Origin: Camelus ferus
Taxonomy: Eukaryota
Assembly: GCF_009834535.1 (NCBI RefSeq)
Contig: NC_045696.1
Location: 62,808,001 to 62,872,000, forward strand
Length of the DNA stretch: 64,000 bases
Direction of reading: 5' to 3'
The translations under genes and the position numbers were made by a program. The notes under the pieces were generated by a model that saw nothing but the letters and a program-made list of their open reading frames with translations, was not told the origin of the DNA and did not search any database. Positions within the stretch are counted from its first letter, which is position 1. Each line of letters starts with the position of its first letter. Of the stretch, positions 36,591 to 50,393 are shown in pieces.

Positions 36591-38496
36591 TTTACCTCCA
36601 GCTTTGTTGAGATTTAACTGACATAACATTGTGTAAATTGAAGATGTACCAGCATGTTAATTTGATACACATTTATTGCAAAATGATTACTACCATAGCT
36701 TGAGCTAACACCTCTATAATGTCCCATAATTACTATTGCTTTTTTTTGTGGTGAGAACATTTAAGATCTACTCTCTCAGCAGCTTTCAAGTACATAATAC
36801 AGTATTGTTAGCTATAATCACTATGTTGTACGTTAGCTCCCCAGAACTTATTTATCTTATGACTGGAAATCTGTAGCCTTTGATCAGCATCTCCCCCTTT
36901 CCCGCCACAGCTCAGCCACTGGTAACGCTACTCTGTTTCTGAGTTTGGCCTTTATATGTGACATTTTAGAGTACTTGTCTTTGGCTTATTTCACTTAGCA
37001 TGATGCCCTCAAGTTTCACCCATGTTGTCCCAAGTGGCAGGATTTCCTTTCTTGTGGCTAATATTCTACTGCGTATGTACACAGCACACTTCTTTTAGCC
37101 GTTCATCTGCTGATGGACATTTAGGTTGTTTCTATATCTTATCTATTGTGAATAATGCTGCAATGAACATGGGAGTGCAGTTATCTATTTGAGATAATGT
37201 TTTCACTTCCTTTGGATATATACCCAGAAGTGGGATTGCTGGATCAAATGCTAGTTCTATTTGTAATTTTTTGAGGACCCTGCATACTGTTTTCCATAGT
37301 GGCCGTACCATTTGTGTTTCAATCAACAGTGCTCAGCTGTCTTCATTTCTCTACATCTTTGCCAACACTTGTTACCTCTTATATTTTTGATGACAGTAAT
37401 TTTAACAAGTGACAGGTGATATCTCATTGTGGTTTTTGATTTGCATTTCCCCGATGATTGAGCACCTTTCATGGACCTATTGGTCATTTGTATGTCTTCT
37501 TTGGAAAAATTTCTATTCAGTTCTTCTGCCCATTTTTAATTAGATTGTTTATTTCCTATTAAGTTGTATGAATTCTTTGTATATTTTGGATATCAACCCC
37601 TTATCAGATATATGATTTACAAATATTTTCTCCCACTCCATAGGTTTACCTTTTCATTTTGTTGACTGTTTCTTTTGCTGTCAGAAGATTTTTAGCTTGA
37701 TGTAGTCCCACTTACTTATTTTTGCTTTTTTTCCCCTGCGCTTTTGGTGTCATATCCAAAAAGTCATTGCCAAGACTAACAGTCAAGGAACTTTTCCTCT
37801 ATGTTTTCTTCTAGGAGTTTTATGTTTTTAGCTCTTATGTTTAAGCCTTTAATCCATTTCGAGTTAATTTTTGTGAATGGTGTTAGATAGGGGTCCAGTA
37901 TTATTCTTCTGTATGTATGTGGTTAGCCAGTTTTCCCAACACAACTTACTGAAGAGACCATCCTTTCCCTATCAGATATTCTTGGCTACTTTTCAAATAT
38001 TAGTTGATTGCATATGTTAGGGTTTATTTCTGGGCTTTCTATTATGTTCCATTGGTTTATGTGTCTATTTTTATTCTAGTACCATACTGTTTTGATTACT
38101 ATATTAATTAATATTAGCAATATTAATTCTCCTGACCCATGAACATGAGATATCTTTCCGTTTGTTTTTGTCTTCAATTTCTTCCATCAGTCTTACAGCT
38201 GTTAGTGTACAGATCTTTCACCTCCTTGGTTAAATTTATTCCTAAGCACTTCATTGTTTTTGATGCAATTGTGAATGAGATTGCTTTCTTTCTTTCTTTT
38301 TCTTTTTCAGATGTTTCATTGTTAGTGTTATAAATGAAACTGATTTCTGTATGTTGACTTTGTATCCTGAAACTTTACAGAATTCATTGATTCATTCTAA
38401 CAGTTTTCTGATGGAATCTTTAGGATTTTCTCTTTCTAAGATTATATCACCTGCAAAGACAATTTTACTTCTTCCACTCTGATTTGGATGTCTTTA
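36591..38496 (-). mobile_element. 5'-truncated L1MA8/9-like element
   Basis: Reverse 3' UTR 'gtggtgagaacatttaagatctactctctcagc'. ORF2 peptide [32 protein letters not shown]. Near-TSD taa(g/a)tattagta at 36579-36590 and 38497-38508. Confidence 0.88.
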
Positions 38497-39499
38497 TAAA
38501 TATTAGTACTATAATGGATCAAATGGTTTGGTTCTAAGCTTCTCAGCAGCCAGTATAAAAAAATGAAATGTTATATAAATGATGCAAACAGATTTTCTTA
38601 GGAGAGAAGTCACTCTTGCCAGCACTAAATTCTAAAATTATTTTTCACCTAGTGTTTATATAAGGAAAATGAGGGCATATGTTAGACTTATTCTTCAAAA
38701 TATCTCCATAGTAAATATAGACAATTAATCCTGGCTACTTCTTATGACTGTCAAGAAAAGCCCAGAGTCAGACATTAAAGCACAGCTCAGCAAAGGGGAT
38801 TCTACAGGAAGCTGAATCCCTGTGACCCAAGTAGGAAAAGCCAAGGCAATTATTGGTCATTAGGAGGGCAAGCATTTTCGCTAGAGGGTGTGGGGCAGAA
38901 GCCATTTTCAGGAGTTAAGGTATAACTCAGAAGCAAAGAAGTAGAGACAACAGACATTGAACCTGTAGTCAAGGAAGTTGGTGAAGGTGGTGAAAACCTA
39001 GTGAATTTTCAGTTACTTTCTCCTTGTAACTTTCCTTACCTTCTTGGAGTTAGAAAGGGGTTTTCACTTCTGTTGCAGCAAGTGGAGGAGGCCTTGTGCT
39101 AAGAAGGGGGAGACACAAGATTAAAGAAGCTTGCTTTTCTGCATCCCTGCGTGGAAGACATTTGCTCTGAAAAGTCACTTTGACCTGTAGTGGACATTGC
39201 CTGAGTGAGGAAAAATAAACCAAACCTTTGTTATGTTAGACTTGGGGAGTTTGTTACAGCTGCACAACCTAGCCTGCCTTAACTAATACAAGGATGAGGC
39301 AAGAGGAATGAGAAGAGTAGCAGGCGGAAGAGGGGCTATTTTTAAGTATAGGAAAGGCCTGAACATACTTATAGATTGAGGAGAATGACCCAGAAGTGGG
39401 GAGAAGTTGGACCTACAGGAAAGAAAGGACCTGCCTGGCCATTCAAGTTTAATATGTGACAGCTTCTGTGATTTCCAGCAAGTGCAGAAGGTTTATAAT

Positions 39500-39712
39500 G
39501 TTCAAGATGGCAGCATAGGAGGCTCCTGAACTCACTTCTTCCCATGGACACACTGAATCTACAGCTGCACATGGAACAACTCCTTCTGAAAGAAATCCAG
39601 AAGCAACCGCGGCAACTCCTGCGCATTGGGTGAATGAGAAAATACCCTCATCAAAGCTGGTAGGAAAGACTGAGACACACTCTTGCTATAAACTCCGACC
39701 CTGGCACAGTAA
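39500..39712 (+). mobile_element. Isolated L1 5' UTR fragment
   Basis: 'ttcaagatggcagcataggaggctcctgaactcacttcttcccatggacacactgaatctacagct' resembles the L1 5' ends at 17450 and 22760. Confidence 0.7.
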
Positions 39713-41789
39713 GAGGAAGGCTCACCCTGGGTTGAGAAGAGAGATACTTCTTCCTTGAGCACAGGGGGAAGGAAAAGATGAGCAATGAGAGAGTGGAAGG
39801 AAGGAGGCTAACAGTTTTGGTCTGATAGTCTTTATTTCCTCAATACATGTAGACATGAGGATGCCTGCAGAGAGGTGGGAAGGAGTGGTGGGACAGGATT
39901 TGAGCCAAAGGGGAAAGGTTTGGGGAACTCCCAAGAGGTGAGTCACAGGGTGATGAGGAAATGGAGGTGCCTGCTACAGTGGCTCAGCAAGAATTTGTAG
40001 AAAACCTGGTTTTTGAACAGCTGTGACCTTCCCTGGGAACTCTCTGCCTCCTCATAGTGGGGAAGGGACAGTCCCATTAGCTTTCCTGGTGGAAAGGCCA
40101 GCTCCCCATCGCTGAAGTTATTGAAGCTGAGCTTGTACAACCAACTGGTAAGGATATTGTGAAGAAGATCCCTGAATTGGATGGGCTAAATAACCTTTAC
40201 GTTCTCTGTCAACCTTGAGATTTTATGATTCTATAATTCTAAGTATTGTAAGTAACTTAACAAAATCAAATTACTTCCAGCCTATGCAAATTATAGTGAC
40301 CTGCCTTTCAGCTTCCCCGAGGGAATGGAATTGAAAATGCTGTGCACTTAGAATAGATTATGCGATTCTTGCACTCTCATTCCAGGTCAGCTCTCCTAAG
40401 TATAGGATAATTATGATGGAGCAGATGTACCATGGTGCTGACTGATAAGTTAGCACAGTATTCATCTCTCTTGAGCAGGCATGATGGAATGGCTGGAAAT
40501 GAAGTATCATTTTGATATATATTCTTTATGTTTGCTGGTGACATTTGGAATTTTCTGCACCTAAACTCAGCATTTCCCTTGCTGACTCTGGGTTATCCAA
40601 GTTTTATTCTCTTTAGAGAATTTGATTTAGTTCTTATATCTTGGAAGCAGCTTTGCAAAGTAGACAGCAGGTGAGAGAGGAGATGTCCTGGGTGGTTCTA
40701 GCTCTAAAGGAACCACAAATCTCAGACTGATGACAAGACCGCCATCCAAGTACTGGGTATATGTCCTGGCATAATACAGAGAAAATGAAGACTGTGCCAA
40801 CATTATGATGCTTGCTTCTTATTGGGACAGAGCTATATATTCCTGGCCTAGATCAAAGGAAAGAGTAACCTTTTGAACAAGGCTTATTATATTAACCACA
40901 GAACCATGAAATACTTTGCAATTCTACTCTAGTTTTATTGATTCTCACCCCAACCACTTCCACAACAATCCATTCAATGACCAGCAGTGGATATATTTTC
41001 AGGAGAAATGGGAGGCATCGGCTTGCCAACATGACCTCCAGCCCCAATCTGGAGATCTTTGCCCCAGGAAGTCTCCTTCTACCTTCTAGTCAGTTTGTAG
41101 CATCTTTCAATGTAAATCATCTGCCAAAACATACTAAAATACTTTCTGCAGAGTGGGGCTTTATGCTACTCTGTGACATAAGAAATATTGCTTGAGTCCC
41201 CTCTCAAGTCAAGCATTGGTAGATTAGGGAAATATCAACATTACATAAGTCTTACATGTCAGGGGAGACGTAGAGGGAAAATGTTCTAAAATCAAAGAAA
41301 GTGCAGATTATCATTCTATTTGTAGACAATAAACTGACATTGATAAATAGCTTCATAGTGCCTAGTGGTAAAGAACAAAAGGGTAGAAATATTAATCAAA
41401 ACTCCAATCACCACTATGTATGTGGGAAGTCAGAAAGGGCTCTTTACTTCTGGTTAATATCACCCCTCCAAGATAGTGACAAGTAGGTCGGTTAAATACT
41501 CCTGACCTCATGTTCCATCTGAAAATAGTGGGATTAAAATGAGAATCTGTTTATTTACACCATCCCTGGGTGTTTACAAGATGGATATTAAAGGTTTTAA
41601 TTAAAAATCTGTAACTTAAATGATTCGTTAAGCCCAATAGAAGGAGAACCATATAGCAAAATGGAAAGAGAAAAGGATTTACCAGAATCCTAGCCTGAAA
41701 AGGAGTACTATAATGGCAACTGAAATTTAGCCCTTGCGGTCTGACTATCTGTATGATTTTTCTATGGAATAGTTAACCTGTGTTTACCA

Positions 41790-44700
41790 AACAGGTCCTG
41801 TGGTAGATGGACTGTAAATGGTGTTCATGTGAATCACTGCAAAGTCCAGGGAGAAGATGGACTGTAGGAAAACAAGTGGATAAACACAAATTCTTCTGTC
41901 ACAAACACCTGGATAAAATAGAACAAAAATTATTGTAAATGGATATCCAAGTGTGCGAACAGGAAAGGAAAATCACCAGGCACCAGAAATGAAGAGGGGA
42001 ATGAAAGCTGTAGCGAAAGAGAATGAGCTGCTGCTGCTGCCTCCTGGGGGGAAGGCGGGTAGCTGTGGGCATGACTGGTGTGGAGGTAGGCGTGGTGGTC
42101 ACGCGGTTGTCAGTTTCAGGAACCTGGGCGCTTAGGCTTCCATGTCCACATAGGGCAGGAAATGAGACCTTGGACCGTATAAGGCAGGGAGTTAGAATGA
42201 GACCCCTGCTTAGAGCTGGCATTCTAGGAAGGCCACACCCTCAAGTATAGACTGGAAAGAAACCTGTCCATAGGCTCAGCAAAGTAACAGGAAAGCATGT
42301 CTGCCTCTCCTTGGGCTCAGTGTGAAAAATTCTCCCCTGAGAAATCAAAACTCAGAACCTGTGTCTCACACAGATTTAACTTTGAATTTATACTACCCAG
42401 AAGTCTAGGAAACTCCCAAGCCAAAAACCATTAAAGTTTTTACATTAAACATTAAAAAGTGGGTCCCAGGTTGCTGATACTTTTGATTTGCCTGGAGAAG
42501 TAAATACAGCAACACTCTGGAGGGACTATTCCATCATCTGGGATGAAAGGAGTTTTACAGAACACAAGCCACACCAATGATGAGGGAATGTCCACCGTGC
42601 ACAAGAGTCTGAAGACAGGATGGACAGAATGACTAGAGTTCCAGCAAACTGGGATAACAGACAGATAAAGAATACAAGTGTGTCTAAAATTAATAGAGAG
42701 CTCACACACATAAAAATGACATATGGATAGGGTTATTTGTGGTAGTATCATTTGTAAAAAAAAACAAACAAACAAAAAACTGGAAACAACCTATGTCCTT
42801 CTTTAGAGAACAGGTTAAATAAACTTTGCTGCATCTACCCAAAGACAGCTATGCAGCTGCAAAAAATAATGAAGCTCTTTCTGTACTGATGTAAAAAGAT
42901 TTCTAGATATGTTAACTGAAGAAAGAAAGTCTATATAATTGCTACCTTTTATTTAAGGAAGAGGGTGAAAATAAGAATTTATATCCTTATCTTTATGTAT
43001 TTGTGTTGGTGTGGAAAGAACATGCAAAAAAATGTGTAACTATTGAGGACTGGAGTACAGATGTGTAGATGAGACTTGGGTGGGAGTGGAACTTTTCAAT
43101 GTATGTATTTTTGTTATTTTTATTTTTAACCATGAGAATGTATTAACTATTAAAAATACTAGGAATGGAGAAGATTTGGCTAATGTAACTAATAAGTTTA
43201 ATCAAATGGGATATATGTAAACCATGCACCCAACATTTTAGAGACTACATTTACAATATAATACTCTCTAAAAATATGTTAAAACATTTGTAAAAATTGA
43301 ACTCTCTTTAGGTCATAAATAAATCTCCAAAAACTCATCTAAGATTTAATATCTAGAGTCTTTATTCCCTAACCATAATATAAGTAAAAATTATATGTAA
43401 TCAATATCCCAATTTTATTTGGTTATTTAAAAACCAACTTACAAATAACCCATCAATCAAGAAAGAAATAATATTAAAATTATTAAAATATTTGAAATTG
43501 AATAATAATTACTATTAAGTATGTGGGATACACTTAAAGTGGTCCTTAGAGGGAAATGGATAACCTACTTACATATATTTTAAAAGTGGCTTGTACAGAT
43601 CAGTGGGCTAGAACTAGGAGTCCAGAAGTAGACCCTCGCATTTACTGTCAATTGATTTTCAACAAGGGTGCCAAGACAACTCAATGGAGAAAGAATAGTG
43701 TTGGGACAAGTCATTATCCACATGCAAAAGAGTAAAATTATACCTCTACCTCATGCCATATATGAAAATTAACTCAAAATGGATCAAAGACCTAAATGTG
43801 AGAGCTAAAACTATTAATCTCTTAGAAGAAAACATAGGTGCAATTATTAATGACCTTGGATTAGGCAATGATTTCTTAGATATGACACTAAAAGCAGAAG
43901 CAACACAAGAAAAATATTGGACATCAACAAAATTAAAAACTTCTGTGCCTCAAAGGACACCATTTTAAGAAACTGAAAAGACAGCCAACAGAATGGAAGA
44001 AAAATTTTTGCAAACCATATGCCTGATAAGGGACTTTTTATGTTACAGAACGTATAAAGAACTCTTAACATTCAATAATAAAGGGACAACTTAATTTTTA
44101 AAATGGGCAAAGGACTTGGATAATTATTTTTCCAGAGAAGATATATGAAAAGCATAAAAACACATGAAATGGTGAATCATGATGGCTCAACATCACTGAC
44201 ATCAGAGAAATACAAGTCAAAAATCACGAGACACCATCTCATACCCACTAGGATGCCTATAATTAAAAGACGTAATAGCAATTTTGATATCAACATGGAG
44301 ACGTTGAAACCCTCAGACATTGCTGGTGCAACTGCAAAATTGTGCAGACACTTTGGAAAGCAGTGTGGCAGTTCACCACAATGTTTCACATGGAGTTACC
44401 ATATATGGCCCAGCAATTCCATCCTGAATATACATACACCCAAAAGCAATGAAAACATATGTCCAAGTAGAAACTTGTACATGAATGTTCATAGTAGCAT
44501 TATTTATAATAGTCAGAAAGTACCACCTAAATGTCCATCACCTGATGAATGGATAAACAAAATGTGATATGTCCATACCATGGAATATTATTTGGCAATG
44601 AAAAAAACTGAGTATTGATACATGCCACAACATGGATAAACCTCAAAATCATTGTGCTAAGTGGAGGAAGCCAGTCATGAAAGCCCACATTGTATACTTC

Positions 44701-45275
44701 CATCTATATGAGATGTACAAACTAGATAAATCCATGGAGACAGAAAGTAGATTGGAGGCTGCCTAGGGCTGAGGATGGGAAGGGGAGGCATGTTAAGAGA
44801 ATGGGTACAGGGTTTCTTTCTAGGGGGATAAAATGCCCCCAAACTGGCTGTGGTGATAGCTGCACAACTCTGTGAATGTACAAAAAAATATTGAATTATA
44901 TACTTTAAATGGGTAAATTATTATGGTATGTGAATTATATTGTAATAAAACTTTATTTTTAAAAGGAGCCTGAAAATGAGTGCACTAAACTACAACTCAA
45001 GAAATCAGAAAAAGTACAAAAGAGTAAACTTAAAAAAAGTGGAGGGAAGAAAATAATGACAAGTATAAATTAATGACACAGAAATAGTGATCTTTGCAAC
45101 AAAATAATGAAATAGACAAACCTCTGATAAGACTGCTGAAGAAAACATGAGAGAAAGCTCAAATAACCCACAGCAGGGATGTAAAAGGGGCCCTTGTTGT
45201 GGAAGCTGCAGATGTTGCAAAGATAACAAGAGGGTTTTATGAGCAGGTTTATGTCAATAAATTAGACAATTTAAA
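41790..45275 (+). mobile_element. Old L1M fragment cluster hosting a nested L1MB-like copy
   Basis: L1ME-like 5' and 3' pieces at 41.8-43.2 kb. ORF2-like sequence at 43.2-43.58 kb resumes at about 44.97 kb. Confidence 0.6.
43594..44960 (+). mobile_element. 5'-truncated L1MB-like element
   Basis: [39 protein letters not shown], 3' UTR 'gacagaaagtagattggaggctgcctagggctg', AATAAA at about 44944. Degenerate TSD aaaagtggcttg/aaaaggagcctg. Confidence 0.85.
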
Positions 45276-45439
45276 GAAACGATACACTGACCCCAAAATA
45301 GTATGTAATTTGAGAGATTACAGGCCTCTCAGGCTTTTTAACGAGGATTGGTTTAACTTAAGGAGAGGGAGGACGCTGAACGGATGGAAACAGAATAAAC
45401 TTGGTTAACAGGAGGAGGTGGGAAACAGCAGTTGTCCAG

Positions 45440-45522
45440 TGGGCGGGCCTGGGCAGGGCACCACGGAGGGAGATGATTGGCACTGAGGGCCACCAATAGG
45501 GCGCTGGAGCCTGGGGGCGCGC
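45440..45522. promoter_or_regulatory. Candidate promoter/enhancer: GC box plus two opposed CCAAT boxes
   Basis: TGGGCGGGC at 45440-45448, TGATTGGC at 45474-45481, CCAAT at 45493-45497, locally CpG-containing. Motif evidence only. Confidence 0.35.
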
Positions 45523-48429
45523 ACAGGAGGGCCGCTTAGGTCTCCAGTGGCTACTTTCCCAGGGCCTTCCCCTCTCTCATTCAGCGAGTGTACCACACCT
45601 CCTCCTTCCCTGCCCTGGGTCATCATCCTGCTCTGCCACCACTTGCTCTGCATCTTGCATGAGTTCTTTTTCTAGTTAGGACTTCTGATTTCTTTCCCTG
45701 TAAAGTGAGTTTGTCCAGATGATGTCTCTGGTTCTTTCCAACCCCAGAATTCTCTGAGTCTGAGTTATCCTATCTTGTAGTAGGTGCAAGAGATGTGAGA
45801 TTTGAGTGTTTGGTGGTTTGGCAGGTTCTCTGTAAATCCAAGTTACAGAGCAAGATCTGGAGTGGTGGTTCTCACACTGTGTTCTGTGGAACCCCAGGGT
45901 TCCAAGAATGATTCTCAGGAGTCTCTGAGGAATGAAGGAAAGATCAGCTGTGGGGGTTAGGCCTCCGGCCAGAGTGTCACCTTGTGGAGCTTTGCTGGAG
46001 TTGTTTTATGGTCTTGTGAAAGTTCATTTGCCAAAAAAGCTCAACTCTAAGCAATTCTGAAGATCCCTCGGCATCTAAGCTGTAGCAAGAAAACAGGCCT
46101 CACTCAGGTTGTGGACTGCTGATGTCGGGGGTTCCCTGCTGAGGCCTAAGGGGTCTAAGGGGACATCGTGGGCTAACACAAAGGTCTCATTTATCCACTG
46201 TGGGTCGTTGGAGCTCAGGATTGGCCTGGGTTTGGTTCGTGTTTCATATGAGGCCTTCGTAGCACTTGTATATTCTCACCATACTTATCAGTTGGCCTTA
46301 CATCATTCACAGGGCTCAGGAGAGTGTGAGCCAACGTCTGCCATGGCTTTTGGCAGAGGGTTCTGGGTTTGCTGGGCGTCTGCATGGGGAGCGTTTACTC
46401 TATGCTCCATCCCGTACGAGGTTTATGGTGAGAACAACGTGGGAGTAGGAGGCTGGGCAGGGAAGGCACTCGTTGAACACAAAGGAAGAAAAGAAAAGGC
46501 CAGCTCCTGAGGTTCACTTGATGAGAAAAGGTAGCTAACTAACTAGAGGAGAATCAGCAGAATTCTGGGATGAGAATTGTAGAAAGAAAAAAAGTTTCAC
46601 CAGGGCCTTGCAGAAGTCAGATGGAAGAAGGGTTAGAATTGTGGGGCTGCCGGAGTTAGGACCGTGAACCACAAATGGACATTAAAGGCAGACACGTCTT
46701 GGCCTAATGCTGTGAACCAGTCTGGACAGTAAGACCCGCCTGCGGTCTGTGGGCCTCCCCCATGAGGTCGTGAGCACCCACCTCTGCAGGTGCTCAGAGT
46801 CTGAACCAGTCTTCTCGGGAATATGGAGGAGAGAATGGGTGATGGAGGGTGGTGGGCAGGGGGAGCTGTGTGATTCCCCAGGGCCCCTTCCAGCCTTTCC
46901 AGCTTCTGGTTAGAGCTACATTTTTAGGTATAGTCTTAGGAGCAGTACAGGTTTAGGGAAAGAAGCCAGCATAGTCTGGATGGGCCCAAGGGGACTTCCT
47001 TCAATGCTCAAAGTCAACCTTGAAAATACGAAGTCTGACAGCTCTGCTCCAGACAGTCTCTCCTGAGCTGCACAGCACGGTGAGGAAATTACAGTACGTA
47101 ACACCGCGCTGTGATCACAGTGCCTGGGGATGAGATACCATCAGGAGACAAGGCTGGGCACTGAGTCCTGGTGTAACTCGTAATCGGAGCCATCACACAG
47201 GCTTGGTTTGCTTGGCTCTGTACCTTTGGAGCAGTGCTCTGAGTGAGAAGCACATTTATGAAACGCCCCGTTCATTTCCTGCCAGAGATCCTATCTGAAG
47301 CCAGGGCTCTCACCTCCTGGAGACATAACTGTCTCTCACAAAGCCTTCCCTCCCTCTAAAGATGCTGAGGGAACCTCGGGGAAGGAACAATTTCCATTTG
47401 GCAAAGCAAACTGTGAGTTCTCAGTATATTTTCTTAAGTATACATCTGCTCTTGTTGAAACATCTGGTGTGAGTTATTGGGCCAATTCAACACTGCATCA
47501 TTTCCTATTACATACTTTGGTTGATCTGAGAGAATACATTTAAAAACTGTGAAAATGATCTGAGTCACTGTAGATGCTGCACCACCAGGAGCAGAAAGCA
47601 GCTAGATTTCCATATTGCAAATGGAAAGCTGTCTGAGATGCCTGAGTCTGCTCGGGACGGGCGCTCCAGCTGAGAGACTGAAATGTCCAAGGGGACCAGA
47701 GACAGGGAGTCAGGTAATATCTTGGCTTCTGTGAGGCCTCCCTGCAGGTAACTACCTTTTTTTTACCAGCCCACAAAAATGGTTAATGACATTTAGCACT
47801 GCTTTCTAGCCTATACAATAGGACGATCAATAAAACTCACAGTCAATATAATAGGGTCATCTGCATTGTCCCTGGCCTGGGCCTGGCTGAAATTCTGAGC
47901 GTTCTGAGGTGTCTCACCCAGACCACAAGCAGGTGACAGAAGGAGCTGCAGTAGCTTTGGGGCTGATTCAACCCTGGAGCTCAGGGAAGATGCACCATCT
48001 TAATAATGCAATCCTTCTGCCAGAGCAGATGGTACAAAGACCTGCTCGCTTCTGATATTCATGTCTTTGTAACTGGAAAAACCACACTTCGGAAGTAACG
48101 AGAGTTGGAAAGTGAATGAAACATTATGTAACATCTTGTAAGTGTGAAGAAGAAAGAATAGCTACATGGATGTTGACAGAAGTCTGAGTTTGGAGAAAGA
48201 GCCCATTCACATCCAGAGCGTCAAGCCTGCCCGCCTGCCAGCCTTCCCCCTTCCTTCCTTCAAAACATGTTTGTTAAGCTTTGAGCCTGTGCCAGGCATT
48301 GTATCAAGTGTTGGGGACATAGCTGTGAACAAGCGACAGTCTTTCTCCTGCTTGGGCACGCAGCCTAGGAGGGTAGATAGGCGTTCACTAAAACGTAGAC
48401 ACATCACTTTGAATGACGACAGTGCTTAA

Positions 48430-48662
48430 GCGTTGTGAATTGCCCTGGTGCCCTTGTCAAAATTCAGTGACTGTACATGTGTGGGTTTATTCCTGGGCTT
48501 TCTGTTCTGCCCACTGACCCGAGTCTCTCCTTTCACTAACACCACACTGGTTCTGCTGCAGGAAGTCTTGAAGGCAGGGGGTGTACATCCTCCAACTTTG
48601 CTCTTTTCCAAAACTGTTTGGCTCCTCCGGTTCCTCTGCTTTCCTATTGAAATTTTAGCATA
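48430..48662 (-). mobile_element. L1M ORF2 fragment next to an L2 piece (about 48240-48420)
   Basis: 'gtgtgggtttattcctgggctttctgttctg' and 'tcctccaactttgctcttttccaaaactgtttggct'. Confidence 0.7.
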
Positions 48663-50393
48663 TGCTTTTTAGATTCAATTAGCCATGTGTCCAGTGTTAC
48701 AAAGGAGAAGTCCAAGGAGCTAAAGATTTTTCATAAGTGAAGATTCAGCGGTCGAAGTTTTAGACCTGAATGTTAGGTCACAGGCAAATGATGGATGAGG
48801 GGAAAGTTAGCTTCTTTTTCACTTTTTTAGGTTCTTCACAAGGGACTCTGAGATTCTGTGATCCTTTCACAAATGCTTTGAGGTAGCTGATGGTTGGATG
48901 TAGGTCAGAACTATTTAGAGCTGCCCATAGCACCCTTTGTGTATTTTTGTTTTTTATACTCGTCCTTAATGACAAAGGTGTAAGTGAAGCTGGAGACGAG
49001 ATGGTGACCTCTAAAACAGAATGTCAGGAAAAGTCAGGGAGAAAGAGGCCATCTGGGCCACCATGACCTTAGACCAGACCATAGCACATGACCTGCAGGC
49101 TGACAGGCTCCTCCTATGTGGACCAATGGCGCAGAGGTGGGATGCTCCATCCAGGGACTTAGGGGACGGAAGGCCCATCCTGTCTGGCTGATTCAAACAT
49201 GAGAGCAGACTAAGTGGCCCCAAATCTGGCCAGGGAGGGAGGCTGCCTCTTCCTTGGGGACTCCTAGTGGTCCTGGCCATACTGGGAGCCAGCAGAAGCC
49301 TCCTCGCTCTGTGCTATCATTGGTGGCACTGTCTGCCCTAATTGGTTCAGACTGTGCACTACTCCCCGCTGGGAGGTGTGGGCAGTAGGCAGAGCCCACC
49401 ACCCTCCCTGGCCCTCGGCCCTCGGAGACATACAGCAAGAGAGGAAAATGGGAGCCCAGGATGTCTGGGGTCTCCCAGGGAAGACAAGTGGAGAGCCGGG
49501 GCCAGCACAAAGCTACCAGGTCGTCCAGCTGGCTGACCCGGATCGCTGAGCAGGGGTAACTGGAGACAAGGTGCAGAGCAGCTGGGGGCCAGAAGGGACT
49601 AAAGAGGTCTTTCAGTCTGACCCTCTTGAGCGGGGACAGGGCGGGTCCTACCAGCTGACTCAGGATGGAGCAGTGTAATTTGGGAGGACTAAGGAGGGTG
49701 GTTTACCTCAAATATCTCAGGCTACCTGACCTGCACAAATGAATACAAATCTCATCTCTTCTTACAAGGACAAAAGGTGGTCATTTTGTGAGTCAGGAAG
49801 GTGCTTTTATAGCCAGTAATTACATATTCATTGGGGAAATGTGATACAAATCACTCCTCTCTTCATATATTTAAATGTGATTCTTCTGTAGTCATTATGT
49901 AATTACTGGTATTTCTCAGTCACATTATTAAGAATAAATGGGGCCACCATTCCTCCATTGCCATACAGATTCAAATGTAAGAAGTGCCTCATCAGACAGA
50001 CAGAGCAGGGAGGAAAGGGGCCATTAACTTGGAGAAGACTCTGGCAATGCTCAGGGGACATATGTCAGGTGATTTGGAACAAATGGTACTAAAACCATTG
50101 GCTGGTGCTGATGGAATGGTTTGCAGCAGCCTTCAGTGTCGGGCTCACTTCTCAGTGCCCACCCTCACAGCCCTGGACACAAAGCGTCTCAGAGAACGTG
50201 TCCCCTGTGCTTGGCTGATGCAGATCTGCCTGGAACCTGAAGCCCAGGGGGCAGGTCCCCCAGAAAGAAACAAGCCGAGTGCACAGTGTAGAACTCCTGC
50301 TGTGTCCTTTTCCCAGCTCTTTCCTCTCCTAGATGACTGGGGTGCAGGTCAATATTTTTACCCCTAGAATACAATTTAAAATGGCAGGGATTG

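Noticed and set aside
40418..40441. REST/RE1 site (minus strand TCAGCACCATGG...)
   Set aside because: Only the left half matches; the right half reads GGTACATC instead of GGACAGC.
47598..47635. Hairpin tttccat/atggaaa
   Set aside because: A 7-bp core with bulged extensions is within chance expectation.
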